DNA of 64,000 nt, taken from a virus. Lineage: Duplodnaviria; Caudoviricetes. A program made the translations under genes and the position numbers. The stretch spans positions 24,641 to 88,640 of the IMG/VR virus record IMGVR_UViG_3300020045_015293. The stretch is one strand, 5' to 3'. The notes beneath the pieces were generated by a model. It was not told where the DNA came from. It searched no databases and worked only from the letters and a program-made list of their open reading frames with translations. The first letter of the stretch is position 1. Every line of letters starts with the position of its first letter. This document shows positions 1-10,286 of the stretch, in pieces.

Positions 1-2
1 TT

Positions 3-263
3 GATGAAAATACAAAAATAAATTTTATTCCATATATTAATTATTGTTTAATTGATTTAGATTTTTCAGTAGCTATGAAAAATGCATATAATTTAATTAA
101 AGATAAATTAGTAAAAGGAGCTTATTTATGTTTACATGATGTTATACCAAATGGACATATAAAAGGATTAAATGAATGGTATCAAATTATTAAAAATTCA
201 GGAGAATATGAAATTTTAGGAGAATATTCAAATAGTTACCTAGCAATTTTAAAAAAATTATAA
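3..263 (+). CDS. 3' part of a SAM-dependent methyltransferase (TylF/Methyltransf_24-like); runs off the window start
   Basis: Frame is open from position 3 (DENTKINYFPYINYCLIDLDFSVAMKNAY...LHD); IDLD...G...HD pattern. Confidence 0.55.
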   Translation, partial: DENTKINFIPYINYCLIDLDFSVAMKNAYNLIKDKLVKGAYLCLHDVIPNGHIKGLNEWYQIIKNSGEYEILGEYSNSYLAILKKL

Positions 264-268
264 AAAAT

Positions 269-904
269 ATGGGATTTATAGCTTTAGAATTTGATATAGT
301 AAATCATTATGTTGATTATTATAAAAAAATATATAATAAACAATATGAAGACATACAAATGTTAGAATTGGGAGATCAAATTTTTTATGTTGATCATCCA
401 TCAGTTGGAGTATTAAATAGTAACAATTTTAAATATAAAGTTGCTAAAGATTATTTTCAAAATAAAAAAATTAATCATACTTCAATAGATTTAAATGGAA
501 ATAATGGATCTATATCCTTAGATTTATCTAAATCTTTACCTGAAGAATTTTATAATAAATTTGATATAATTACGAATGTGGGTACTGTTGAACATGTGGA
601 AGAAGATCAATATGAAACTTTTAAAAACATACATAAATGTTTAAAAGTAAATGGAATGTTTATGTCTTTTATGCCTAAAGTAGGAAGTTTTGATATTAAT
701 CATTGTTCTTGGTTTTATAATTTAGATTTTTATCGAGATTTAGCAAATGAACAAAAATATACTATATTTTACTTAGGAGAAATATTATATCCTTCAATTA
801 ATAGAGATATGGGAACATTAGTAACATGTGTTTTACAAAAAACAGAAAATAATGATTTTATAATAAATAAAGATATATTTCATAGAAATTTATTTCGAAA
901 ATAA
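269..904 (+). CDS. class I SAM-dependent methyltransferase
   Basis: MLELGDQ, SIDLNG, FDIITNVGTVEHV...CLKVNG motifs. Confidence 0.75.
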   Translation: MGFIALEFDIVNHYVDYYKKIYNKQYEDIQMLELGDQIFYVDHPSVGVLNSNNFKYKVAKDYFQNKKINHTSIDLNGNNGSISLDLSKSLPEEFYNKFDIITNVGTVEHVEEDQYETFKNIHKCLKVNGMFMSFMPKVGSFDINHCSWFYNLDFYRDLANEQKYTIFYLGEILYPSINRDMGTLVTCVLQKTENNDFIINKDIFHRNLFRK

Positions 905-1389
905 TGAGAAAAACATTTGCAAATTTAATATTAGAAGAAACTAAAATTAATCCAAATATTGTTGTATTAACGGGGGATTTAGGTTATAAAGTATGGGATG
1001 AATATAAAGAAAATTTTCCTAATAATTTTTATAATGTAGGTTCTGCTGAACAATTAATGATAGGCACAGCTATAGGATTATCATATACAAATAAAATTCC
1101 AATATGTTATTCTATTACTCCATTTTTATTATATAGACCATTAGAATTAATAAAAAATTATATAAATCATGAAAATGTTCCTATAAAATTGGTAGGTAGT
1201 GGTCGTAATAAAGAATATAAAGATGATGGTATATCTCATTGGGCTGAAGAAGATAAAGAAATTATGAAAGTTTTTATTAATATTATAACATGGATTCCTA
1301 ATTCAATAGAGGAGTTAGAAAAATTTTATAAAGAATTTCTTTATTCAGAGTCTCCTATTTATCTTAATTTAAGTAAAAAAATATATTAA
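904..1389 (+). CDS. transketolase C-terminal (pyrimidine-binding) subunit of a split transketolase-like enzyme
   Basis: LTGDLG, NVGSAEQLMIGTAIGLS, GISH motifs. Confidence 0.85.
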   Translation: MRKTFANLILEETKINPNIVVLTGDLGYKVWDEYKENFPNNFYNVGSAEQLMIGTAIGLSYTNKIPICYSITPFLLYRPLELIKNYINHENVPIKLVGSGRNKEYKDDGISHWAEEDKEIMKVFINIITWIPNSIEELEKFYKEFLYSESPIYLNLSKKIY

Positions 1390-2331
1390 ATGAAAAAAAT
1401 AGCATGTTCTTTTTTTTATACTGATGATAGATATAAACATTTAGCAGATTTAGCTATACAAAGTTTTAAAACATGGCATCCAGATATTGATGTTTTTATT
1501 TTTGATAAAAATAATATAGATTTAAACATGCCTTATAACTATACTGCTGGATATACTAAATTTTATTATGCATCTACTTTATTTAGAAAAGGATATAATA
1601 AAGTTATAAGTTTAGGAGTTGATACTGTTACTTGTGGTCGTTTAGATGAATTTATTAATAATGAAGAAGATGTTTTAACAACTTTAGATTTCAATTATGG
1701 AATAAATTTTAATGGAATAAACATTCCAGCAGATCATCATTATAATGCAGATGTTATATGTTTTAATAATAAATTTTTTATTTTTGATTTATTAAGATTA
1801 ATGAGAAAATATGCTAATGATTATTTTGAACAAGGGGCATTAAACCAAATGTTAGCTATTACAGATAGTAAATATTCATATAAAAACGTTGATTATATGG
1901 ATCAAAAAGTGGTTTATAATTGTAGAGCATATTATAGGGATGAAGGAAATAATAATTCATTTCATGGTCAATATCCATATCCATTTAGAGTTGAAGAAGA
2001 TAAATTAATTTCTCCTTTAGAAAAAATTGTAAAAATAATTCATTTTGTTAAAGGATTTGGTACTTTTGATAAACCAAGATTTGTACAAGAAATAAATAGT
2101 ATTAAAGATGGGGTTTTTAATGAGGAAACTAAAAAATTTATTATAGAAAAATGTGGGGTACCACAATCTTGGTTTGATACAAAAATGACCGAAGAAGAAT
2201 ATCCTGAAAATTTAAAATTACATCCAAGTAAAACAAATGCAATGTTTCCAAGAGGTGATAAATTAAAATTTGATGGAGATATAAATATAAGTGATTATTT
2301 AAATAAAAAATTGAAAAAAATAGAGTTGTGA
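1390..2331 (+). CDS. putative glycosyltransferase (GT-A/GT8-like)
   Basis: LGVDTV, YNADV, FEQGALN, IIHF motifs; sugar-cluster context. Confidence 0.55.
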   Translation: MKKIACSFFYTDDRYKHLADLAIQSFKTWHPDIDVFIFDKNNIDLNMPYNYTAGYTKFYYASTLFRKGYNKVISLGVDTVTCGRLDEFINNEEDVLTTLDFNYGINFNGINIPADHHYNADVICFNNKFFIFDLLRLMRKYANDYFEQGALNQMLAITDSKYSYKNVDYMDQKVVYNCRAYYRDEGNNNSFHGQYPYPFRVEEDKLISPLEKIVKIIHFVKGFGTFDKPRFVQEINSIKDGVFNEETKKFIIEKCGVPQSWFDTKMTEEEYPENLKLHPSKTNAMFPRGDKLKFDGDINISDYLNKKLKKIEL

Positions 2332-3251
2332 AAAAAATATTAGTTACGGGTTCAACAGGTTTTTTAGGTAAACATTTTATACAATATTTACATAAATATT
2401 TTCCTGATTACTTTGAAATAGTTGAATCAAATACTCAAAAATTAAATTTATTAACAACTAATTTGTTAGCTTGGGAATGGGGGTTTAATGAATTTGATTA
2501 TATCTTTCATTTTGCTGCAGTTACAAAAGCAGGGGATTGGTGCTTAACTCATACAGGTGAACAATGGTTAACAAATCAACAAATTAATACAAATATAATT
2601 AAATTTTGGAAAGATTATAGTCCTAGAGCAACATTTATTGGAATAGGAACATCATGTAGTTATGGAGATGATTGGCGTAAAGATGAACAAAACTATTTAA
2701 CTTATGAACCAGAGCAATCTTTATACACATATGCTTATACAAAAAGAATGTTATATTTGGGTTTAGAAGCAATGAAAAAACAATATGGAATGAATCATTG
2801 TTATTTTGTTCCTTCTACATTATATGGTACTCAATTTTCTGAAAATGATAATCATTTTATTTATGATATTGTAAGAAAATTTTATGATGGAGTATATAAT
2901 AATAAAGAAGTAGAAATGTGGGGAACAGGAATAGCAACAAGAGAATTAACATGGGTTAATGATTTTATTGAATTAATGTTAAAAATTGTTTTTGATTTAC
3001 CTCAATATCATAATAAAATAGTTAATATAGCGAGTGGACAAAGTAGAATGATTTCTGAATATTATTATTATGTTTCTAAACTATTTAATTATGATTTTAA
3101 AAATATAATTAGGAATACAGAAAAATATGTAGGAATGAAAGATAATAAATTAATTACTACAATTCCAGAAGTAAAAAATTTTGAATTTAAAAAATTAGAA
3201 GAAGGTTTAGAAGAATTAGTTAAATATTACAAAGCATTAAAATATGAATAA
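2328..3251 (+). CDS. NAD-dependent epimerase/reductase, GDP-L-fucose synthase-like (extended SDR)
   Basis: TGSTGFLG, HFAA, GTSCSYG, YAYTK (YxxxK), PSTLYG, WGTG..TRE. Confidence 0.85.
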   Translation: MKKILVTGSTGFLGKHFIQYLHKYFPDYFEIVESNTQKLNLLTTNLLAWEWGFNEFDYIFHFAAVTKAGDWCLTHTGEQWLTNQQINTNIIKFWKDYSPRATFIGIGTSCSYGDDWRKDEQNYLTYEPEQSLYTYAYTKRMLYLGLEAMKKQYGMNHCYFVPSTLYGTQFSENDNHFIYDIVRKFYDGVYNNKEVEMWGTGIATRELTWVNDFIELMLKIVFDLPQYHNKIVNIASGQSRMISEYYYYVSKLFNYDFKNIIRNTEKYVGMKDNKLITTIPEVKNFEFKKLEEGLEELVKYYKALKYE

Positions 3252-3906
3252 TATTGAACAAATTATAAATAAAAATAAAGGTATAAATAATCAAGGATTA
3301 CCTGGTTATCAACATCATGATGGATTATGGTTTGGAGAAGAAGAACATAATTCATATTATAATTTAGCACAAATTATTAATAAAACATTTCCACAAGATA
3401 ATTTAAATATTTTAGATATAGGTTCTGGAGCAGGTTCATTATCACATTGGTTAAGAACCTTAAATAAAACTTATAATGTTGTAACTCTAGATGGAAATAT
3501 AGATATATTAAATAGTCCTTATATTTTAAATAATTATCATTTTGTAATTAGAACTGATGAAGAGTATGAATTAATTAATGATAATCAAACTATTAAATTT
3601 AATTTAATATTATGTTATGAACATCTAGAACATATACAAGAACATAAATTAGAAAAATGGTTTAAAAATTTAAATAAACATAGTAATTTAGAAACAATAT
3701 TTCTAGGGACATCATCAACAAATCCATATAATGATGATGTACATGTAACTGTTCGCCCTAAAAAATGGTGGATAAATATATTTAAAAAATATGGATGGAT
3801 AAATATTACTGATTCATTTTTAAATGAAACTACCAAACCATTTAATTTTGTTTTAGAAGATACTAGTGAATTAAACTTCATAAAATTAGATATAAATGAA
3901 ATATAA
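3244..3906 (+). CDS. class I SAM-dependent methyltransferase
   Basis: ILDIGSGAG motif I; CYEHLEHI. Confidence 0.8.
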   Translation: MNNIEQIINKNKGINNQGLPGYQHHDGLWFGEEEHNSYYNLAQIINKTFPQDNLNILDIGSGAGSLSHWLRTLNKTYNVVTLDGNIDILNSPYILNNYHFVIRTDEEYELINDNQTIKFNLILCYEHLEHIQEHKLEKWFKNLNKHSNLETIFLGTSSTNPYNDDVHVTVRPKKWWINIFKKYGWINITDSFLNETTKPFNFVLEDTSELNFIKLDINEI

Positions 3907-4612
3907 ATTTCTTATAGGTATAATGATACCTACACGTAAACGCATTCAATTTTTAAAAGAATGCTTAGATAGTTTTAATACTAAAACTAAAGATAAATCA
4001 TTAGTAGAATTATTATTAAAAATAGATTCTGATGATTTAGATACATTAAAATTTGCTGAAGCATATAAATCAAAAATTGAAATTAAAATTTGTGTAACAG
4101 ATAGAAAAAAAGGTTATGGAAGTTTACATGAACATTATGATTCATTAGCAAAAATATCAGAATCAGAATTTTTACAAGTTTTTAATGATGATATTGAAAT
4201 GTTAACTCAAGATTGGGAACAACAAATAATTCCTTATTCAGGTAAATATAATGTATTAGCTGTTAAAAATGAAAGAATTAAAAATGGAGAAAAAATATCT
4301 ATATTTGATGGTTATAATGGAAACCCAATAATTCCAAGGTTTTTTTATGAAGATTACGGTACTTTATCTGAACATCCAATGTTAGATGATTGGTGGGTTA
4401 ATGTAACAAATGCTGTACCTGGATTACAAAAATGGTTAGATATAACTGTATGGTTTAAGAGACCAGATGGTGAATATACAGATTTTGCATTAGATGAAAC
4501 TTTTTCAGAAGGTAGAGCTCACATAAATTGGAGTCATCATGGTTCAAAAGGATTAAATGATTATATTAATTACATTAAAAATTGTGTTTTGATTAATCCT
4601 GAAAAATTTTAA
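3896..4612 (+). CDS. glycosyltransferase family 2-like
   Basis: IMIPTRKR, IDSDD, FNDD motifs. Confidence 0.7.
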   Translation: MKYKFLIGIMIPTRKRIQFLKECLDSFNTKTKDKSLVELLLKIDSDDLDTLKFAEAYKSKIEIKICVTDRKKGYGSLHEHYDSLAKISESEFLQVFNDDIEMLTQDWEQQIIPYSGKYNVLAVKNERIKNGEKISIFDGYNGNPIIPRFFYEDYGTLSEHPMLDDWWVNVTNAVPGLQKWLDITVWFKRPDGEYTDFALDETFSEGRAHINWSHHGSKGLNDYINYIKNCVLINPEKF

Positions 4613-4615
4613 AAT

Positions 4616-4638
4616 CCAAAATTTAATTTTTACCTTTA
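4616..4638 (+). promoter_or_regulatory. phage promoter CCAAA-N10-TACCTTTA
   Basis: CCAAA 4616-4620, TACCTTTA 4631-4638, 4 nt before ATG; about 17 copies in the window. Confidence 0.65.
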
Positions 4639-4642
4639 CCAA

Positions 4643-5362
4643 ATGCTAAAATTTAATTCACATTCAATACAAGGGAGAAGGGCCTATCAAGAAGATAGAA
4701 TAGCAATAATCCAAGATAATGGAGATATAGTTGCTGCTATTATTGATGGGCATGGTGGAGATAATACTGCGGAATTTATTAAAAAATATATTGAAGGAAT
4801 TGCTTTTTCTTCTCATGAAGATGATGTTAATAAATCATTAGAAGAAATATACGATGATATGCATTATTATGCATCGGATAAAGATGAAAACAATTTTCAA
4901 GATGGTGCTTGTTTACTTGTATCTAATGTAGGGGAAAAAGGTGATTTTGAAATATCTTGGGTTGGTGATTGTGTTGCCTTTCAAAGAGGAGAAAAAATAA
5001 CAACACAATTAAATAAAATTCATAATTTGAATAATGTTCAAGAAGTAGAAAGAATAACAAAAGAAATAGGAAGATTATATAGATCAGGTCCATATTTAAT
5101 GTCTTCTACAATAAGAGAATATGGTTTAATACCTACAAGAACAATAGGAGATAGAGATTTTGAAGTTGATGGTGTATCACATGAACCTGAAATTATAACA
5201 GGTAAATTAGAAAAAGGTGAGTCCTTAATATTAGTTACTGATGGAGTTACAGATGTATTATCAAAGGATCAATTAGAAAAAACAGCAGAAGAAATTGTAT
5301 TAAGAGCTTATAAAGCAGGTTCCTCAGATAACATTTCAGCAATTGTAATAACTTTAGAATGA
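4643..5362 (+). CDS. PP2C/PPM-family Ser/Thr protein phosphatase
   Basis: GRR.YQEDR, DGHGG, VGD, TRTIGD, TDG, GSSDNIS motifs. Confidence 0.9.
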   Translation: MLKFNSHSIQGRRAYQEDRIAIIQDNGDIVAAIIDGHGGDNTAEFIKKYIEGIAFSSHEDDVNKSLEEIYDDMHYYASDKDENNFQDGACLLVSNVGEKGDFEISWVGDCVAFQRGEKITTQLNKIHNLNNVQEVERITKEIGRLYRSGPYLMSSTIREYGLIPTRTIGDRDFEVDGVSHEPEIITGKLEKGESLILVTDGVTDVLSKDQLEKTAEEIVLRAYKAGSSDNISAIVITLE

Positions 5363-5763
5363 AAATAGTTAAAGAAACACCAGAATTAAAATTTAAAATA
5401 TTTTTACAAAATATTGGTGGTTTAAAATCAGGATATTATCCAGAAGATAGACCACCAATTATAGGAAATATATGTGAATGTGGTGATGGATGGTTACCTT
5501 TAATTCAGGAATGTATTCAAAAATTAATTGATGCTGGATGGAATAAAGAAATTATTCAAATAAAAGAGAAATTTGGAACATTGCGCTTTTATACTAATAA
5601 ATTAAATGATGAATGTTGGAAAATAATTTCAGAAGCAGAAGAAAAATCTGCTGTTACTTGTGAATTATGTGGTCAACCAGGAATTTTAAGAAAAGATTTT
5701 CCTTGGATTAGAACACTATGTGAAAATGATTATAATGAATTTAAAAAAAGATATGAAAAATAA
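5359..5763 (+). CDS. hypothetical phage protein
   Basis: GDGW..LI, QIKEKFG.LRFY, CELCG pattern; stop/start overlap. Confidence 0.6.
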   Translation: MKIVKETPELKFKIFLQNIGGLKSGYYPEDRPPIIGNICECGDGWLPLIQECIQKLIDAGWNKEIIQIKEKFGTLRFYTNKLNDECWKIISEAEEKSAVTCELCGQPGILRKDFPWIRTLCENDYNEFKKRYEK

Positions 5764-6516
5764 ATGATTAAAATAGTGCATATTTCTGATCTTCATGGAA
5801 AACATGAAGAATTAAACATTCCTGAATGTGATGTTTTGATTTGTTCGGGGGATGTTGGTAATGTGCGTACTACTTTAAATGAATTAAATTTATTTTTAAT
5901 TTGGTTTGAGAAACAACCAGCAAGATTAAAAATATTTGTTGCTGGTAATCATGATGTATTATTAGATAAATATTTTGCCAAAAAACAAGGTGATTCGATA
6001 GCTATAATGTTAGCTGAACAAAAATATCAAGATGCTAAAAAATTAATTGAAGCTTATAATATAAAATATTTAGAAGATAAGGATTATTGCTTTGAAGGTA
6101 TAAAATTTTATGGTTCACCTTATTCACCTTCATTTGGAGACAATTGGGGCTTTAATGCAGATAGAGGTAATAAAATTAAAACAATTTGGGGAAAAATACC
6201 TTCAGATGTTGATGTTTTAATTACACATACACCTGTTTATAAAATATTGGATAAAGTTGAAGATAAGCAAAAAAGATATCCTGATGAAGATACAAATGTT
6301 GGATGTCAAGATTTATTAAATGTAATTAAAAAAAGACTAACAAAATTAAAATTACATTGTAGTGGTCACATTCATGAACAATATGGCGTTGTTCATATTA
6401 AAATATCTAATACAAGAAGTATTTTGTTTTCAAATGGAGCAGTAGTAAAAAATGAATATGATAAAGATCAACAACCTATTATTTGTATAAAAAATCCATT
6501 ATTAATAACTTTATGA
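5764..6516 (+). CDS. calcineurin-like metallophosphoesterase
   Basis: ISDLHG, SGD, AGNHD, ITHTP, GHIHE motifs. Confidence 0.9.
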   Translation: MIKIVHISDLHGKHEELNIPECDVLICSGDVGNVRTTLNELNLFLIWFEKQPARLKIFVAGNHDVLLDKYFAKKQGDSIAIMLAEQKYQDAKKLIEAYNIKYLEDKDYCFEGIKFYGSPYSPSFGDNWGFNADRGNKIKTIWGKIPSDVDVLITHTPVYKILDKVEDKQKRYPDEDTNVGCQDLLNVIKKRLTKLKLHCSGHIHEQYGVVHIKISNTRSILFSNGAVVKNEYDKDQQPIICIKNPLLITL

Positions 6517-6728
6517 AATTAATATCTGTTAACATAACACCAAAACAAATTATAAAAATGGATGAATTATCTAGAACGACAGGTGAAGGATATGCTTTTA
6601 AAAAATTAAAAGAATTAGGATGGGCTAAAGATCTATTGTGTCCAAGTTTTGAGAAATGGTTAGAACTTTTAACTCCAAAACAAAGAATTGAATTATATAT
6701 TGCTTATTTTAAAGATCAAAATTTATGA
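6513..6728 (+). CDS. hypothetical protein
   Basis: ORF; likely start MKLISV overlapping the previous stop. Confidence 0.5.
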   Translation: MKLISVNITPKQIIKMDELSRTTGEGYAFKKLKELGWAKDLLCPSFEKWLELLTPKQRIELYIAYFKDQNL

Positions 6729-7216
6729 AATTATATTTTTTCCAATCTAAAAACATAAATCAATATAAAACAATTTTGGAAAAAATGGTTGATGTATGGG
6801 AACATGAACATTATTCCCATATTTTAGAATATTGTGAAATTATTGAAACTGATTATAATTTATATTGGGAAATATGGTTAATTCAAAATGAAAAATATGA
6901 AGTAATTGGAATTTGTGGTTTATATTCATTAAGAAAAGATTATGAAGAATTATGGTTAAGTTGGTTAGGATTAATTCCTGAATATCGTAATAATAATTTA
7001 GGTGATCAAATATTAAATTTTATTGAAAATAAAGCTAAAGAAAAAGGAACTAAAAGATTACTTTCTTATGTAGGGGAAGATGGAGATGCATTAAATTTTT
7101 ATTATAAACATGGATATCAATGGGGTGGAAGTGTTGAAAAATATATTAAAGAACATCCTGATGTTAAAAATGAATTTGGTAATATCAAAGATTTTATAAT
7201 TTATAAGGATTTATGA
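6725..7216 (+). CDS. GNAT family acetyltransferase
   Basis: GLIPEYRNNNLG motif A; ALNFYYKHGY motif B. Confidence 0.85.
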   Translation: MKLYFFQSKNINQYKTILEKMVDVWEHEHYSHILEYCEIIETDYNLYWEIWLIQNEKYEVIGICGLYSLRKDYEELWLSWLGLIPEYRNNNLGDQILNFIENKAKEKGTKRLLSYVGEDGDALNFYYKHGYQWGGSVEKYIKEHPDVKNEFGNIKDFIIYKDL

Positions 7217-8001
7217 CATTAAAAGACATTATACCAAACTCTATATATTGCACAATAGGTTATTGTGATGAAAAACATTTAGAAACATTAGAACAATATA
7301 TACAACAAAACAAATTTTTGTTAGAATTATTTGATAAAATATCTATTGCTTATAATGGAGAAAGAGAAAAATGTTTAGAAGCAATTAAAATATGGAATGA
7401 CCGTTTTCCTGGTAAATTATTATTTGGTATTTTACCAATAAATAGAGGCCAAACATATGGTACTATGGATCTTGATAATGAAGTTATCAGGTTAGGATTA
7501 ATTTCTAATAAAGATTATATTTGGAAAACATCAGCAGATACAATATTCTTTGAACAAATTCTAGAAAAAGAAATTGCCGAAGCAGATTTTTATTATTTAA
7601 ATGGAATAGGATATGCCGGTTTAGAACGTTTTAATTCTGAATATTTTTTTCCGCAAACTAATTTTTATATAATTTCTTCAAATATTGATTATTTAAATGA
7701 TGAAAATGAAGTTGATGAAGTATATGAATTACAAAAGGTTAACCCAAATAAAAGACCTTGGGAATTAAAACAAGGTTTTGAAAGTGAAACATTTTTAAAA
7801 CGTTGTGTGGAACGAAATAAATTATGGAAATTTCATTTATGTAATGATTCATATTTTAGAAAAATTATGAATGTTGTGAGAAATTATCAAATACATGATA
7901 GTAGTCATAAAAATTTAATTATTGAAGATCCTGGTGTTTCTCATTTACATTATCCAGATAAACCAGCATATAGTATTAGTATATTAAATGAACATATATA
8001 A
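7213..8001 (+). CDS. hypothetical protein, possibly glycosyltransferase-like
   Basis: Long ORF; KTSADT DxD-like segment; sugar-cluster context. Confidence 0.45.
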   Translation: MTLKDIIPNSIYCTIGYCDEKHLETLEQYIQQNKFLLELFDKISIAYNGEREKCLEAIKIWNDRFPGKLLFGILPINRGQTYGTMDLDNEVIRLGLISNKDYIWKTSADTIFFEQILEKEIAEADFYYLNGIGYAGLERFNSEYFFPQTNFYIISSNIDYLNDENEVDEVYELQKVNPNKRPWELKQGFESETFLKRCVERNKLWKFHLCNDSYFRKIMNVVRNYQIHDSSHKNLIIEDPGVSHLHYPDKPAYSISILNEHI

Positions 8002-8012
8002 AAATAAAAAAT

Positions 8013-8633
8013 ATGGATGGAATATTTGAACATTTTAATTTAAAAATAGGAGAAAAAAAAGAAAAGGGAATAGCATCTATTTCTGCTTATGAATTTAAAA
8101 CAGCAGAAGATCCAATTTATGCTATGAGACAAGCTATGAATGGACTTAGTATAAGTGATGGAAAATATGTAAGACTCAATGTAAATGGACAATTAATGAT
8201 GTCTGATACAGATATGGAAAAAAGAAGTAACAGAGGATTTATATATGCTGCAAACGGAAATGTTTTAATTGCAGGATTAGGAATTGGTTTAATTTTAAAA
8301 GCAATATTAGAAAAACCAGAAGTAGAAAGTATAACAATTATTGAAAAATATAAGGATGTTATTGATTTAGTTAGTCCTTACTTTACTAATCCTAAAATAG
8401 AAATAATAGAAGCTGATATATTTGAATGGAAACCACCTAAAGATAAAAAATACGATACTATATATTTTGATATATGGCCTGAAATATCTACAGATAATTT
8501 AGAAGATATTAAAATATTACATAATCGTTTTAAAAATAAACTAAATAGAAACAATCCTGATTGTTGGATGAATAGTTGGATGAAAGAAAGATTACAAAGA
8601 GAAAAAAGAAAAGAAAGAAATTATTTTTGGTAA
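8013..8633 (+). CDS. SAM-dependent methyltransferase, spermidine synthase-like fold
   Basis: VLIAGLGIG, IIEKY, EADIF, YDTIYFDIW. Confidence 0.75.
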   Translation: MDGIFEHFNLKIGEKKEKGIASISAYEFKTAEDPIYAMRQAMNGLSISDGKYVRLNVNGQLMMSDTDMEKRSNRGFIYAANGNVLIAGLGIGLILKAILEKPEVESITIIEKYKDVIDLVSPYFTNPKIEIIEADIFEWKPPKDKKYDTIYFDIWPEISTDNLEDIKILHNRFKNKLNRNNPDCWMNSWMKERLQREKRKERNYFW

Positions 8634-8635
8634 AA

Positions 8636-9355
8636 ATGACCAAACCAATAGAAATATTTGTTAGACACTGTAATACGTCTAGTAATAGTGTAGGAAAATC
8701 ACGTCCAGAGTGGTTTTCAAGGGAGAAATGTTTTCAAAATTTATTAAATACATTTAATCCTGAGCTTGCAAATATTACTGTTATATTTGATGGAACACCA
8801 AATGCTGAACATTTTTTAAATAAATTTGATACTCCACATTATAAACAGTGGTGGAAATTGGTTTGTAAACATGGGGGTAATGATGCTGTTTCATTTTTGA
8901 ATGTATTAGAATATATAAAAGAACAAAATTTACCTCCTGAAACTATAACTTATTTATTAGAAGATGATTATTTACATAAACCAAAATGGTGTGAAATTTT
9001 GCTAGAAATATGGGATTATATGGATGTTGATTATGTAACCTTATACGACCATTTTGATAAATATTTTTTACCAATGTATATAGGATTACAATCAACAATT
9101 TATTGCACTGAATCTTGTCATTGGCGTACAACTCCATCAACTACAAATACTTATGCTACAAAATGGAAAACATTAAAAAAACATTTTGAAATACATAAAT
9201 CATTTTGTGATTTAGAAAAAGGATATACTCGTGACCATGATAAGTTTACAAAACTTTGGGAAATAGGTTCTAATCTAGTATCATGTATTCCAGGATATTC
9301 AACTCATGTAGAAACACAATATTTATCACCTTGTATAGATTGGTCTAAAATTTAA
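8636..9355 (+). CDS. putative glycosyltransferase (GT-A)
   Basis: IFDG, YLLEDDYLH motif; start moved to MTKPIE. Confidence 0.6.
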   Translation: MTKPIEIFVRHCNTSSNSVGKSRPEWFSREKCFQNLLNTFNPELANITVIFDGTPNAEHFLNKFDTPHYKQWWKLVCKHGGNDAVSFLNVLEYIKEQNLPPETITYLLEDDYLHKPKWCEILLEIWDYMDVDYVTLYDHFDKYFLPMYIGLQSTIYCTESCHWRTTPSTTNTYATKWKTLKKHFEIHKSFCDLEKGYTRDHDKFTKLWEIGSNLVSCIPGYSTHVETQYLSPCIDWSKI

Positions 9356-9358
9356 ATT

Positions 9359-9601
9359 ATGAAACCTGTTGTATCATCTCCTACATTAGCTTTAAATGCT
9401 TTAATTAAAGGTTGGAAATTTAATAAAAAATATATTAAAGCTATATTTGAATATTTTAATAGTAGTTTTGATCAAACTGATAATTATTTAGATGGAATGG
9501 ATGGAGAAGGAGTTACACATCCTAAAGATTATTGGAAAATATGGTGTAGAGGTGAGAGAATTATGCATGAAAGTGATAATAATCCTTTTTTAAATATTTA
9601 A
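9359..9601 (+). CDS. hypothetical protein
   Basis: ORF in co-directional run. Confidence 0.5.
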   Translation: MKPVVSSPTLALNALIKGWKFNKKYIKAIFEYFNSSFDQTDNYLDGMDGEGVTHPKDYWKIWCRGERIMHESDNNPFLNI

Positions 9602-9605
9602 ATTT

Positions 9606-9830
9606 ATGATTTTTATACTCAAAGAATCCATAATGAATGGAACTGTTACTATGTTTACAAAAACAACAGGAATTGAAGCTAATACTTTTGAAGAAGCAAA
9701 AGAAAAGGTAAAATTATTACCAAATGTTATTAATAAATTTGATGTAATTGAAAAAGAAGATTTAATTTCGATAAAATTAAAACCTGAATTTATAGAAAGT
9801 TATCCATGTTATGGAACTATGGATAATTAA
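9606..9830 (+). CDS. hypothetical protein
   Basis: ORF in co-directional run. Confidence 0.5.
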   Translation: MIFILKESIMNGTVTMFTKTTGIEANTFEEAKEKVKLLPNVINKFDVIEKEDLISIKLKPEFIESYPCYGTMDN

Positions 9831-9850
9831 CCTTTAAAAATAATATAAAT

Positions 9851-10075
9851 ATGAATAAAATACAAGAAATAAAACAGGTGTGGTATAAAAATCCTAAAAT
9901 AAAATTTAATGTAAGTACTAAGGAAAGAAAAGATATAATGTTAAATGAAAATTTAAATATAATATTTCAAGGAGAAATTTATGATATTAAGTTTAAAAAT
10001 TTAGGAGGAGGGGTATGGGAAATATATACTGAAAAAAAATTAAATAAATATGATTCCTCAAACACTAATAAATAA
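9851..10075 (+). CDS. hypothetical protein
   Basis: ORF in co-directional run. Confidence 0.5.
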   Translation: MNKIQEIKQVWYKNPKIKFNVSTKERKDIMLNENLNIIFQGEIYDIKFKNLGGGVWEIYTEKKLNKYDSSNTNK

Positions 10076-10286
10076 ATATAAAATAGAAAACCAACGACTA
10101 GCTGCTTATGTAGAATATCTAAATATTTTAGGTGTTGTAGGTTTTGAAAAACAACATGATTTAAATATGGTTTCATTATGGTTGGATAAAAATAAAATAC
10201 CACATGAAAAAAATGATAGATATTTTATATGGATAGACACATTAGGGGAGAATTTAAAAAAATGGTTTAAAAAACCTTTAAAATAA
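10050..10286 (+). CDS. hypothetical protein
   Basis: ORF in co-directional run. Confidence 0.45.
   Translation: MIPQTLINKYKIENQRLAAYVEYLNILGVVGFEKQHDLNMVSLWLDKNKIPHEKNDRYFIWIDTLGENLKKWFKKPLK

Noticed and set aside
3615-3881. Minus-strand ORFs overlapping genes (also 8943, 9979, 22185, 25641 (+), 32197, 32279, 40472, 43892, 52384, 53827, 56800, 58577)
   Set aside because: Shadow frames of well-supported + strand genes.
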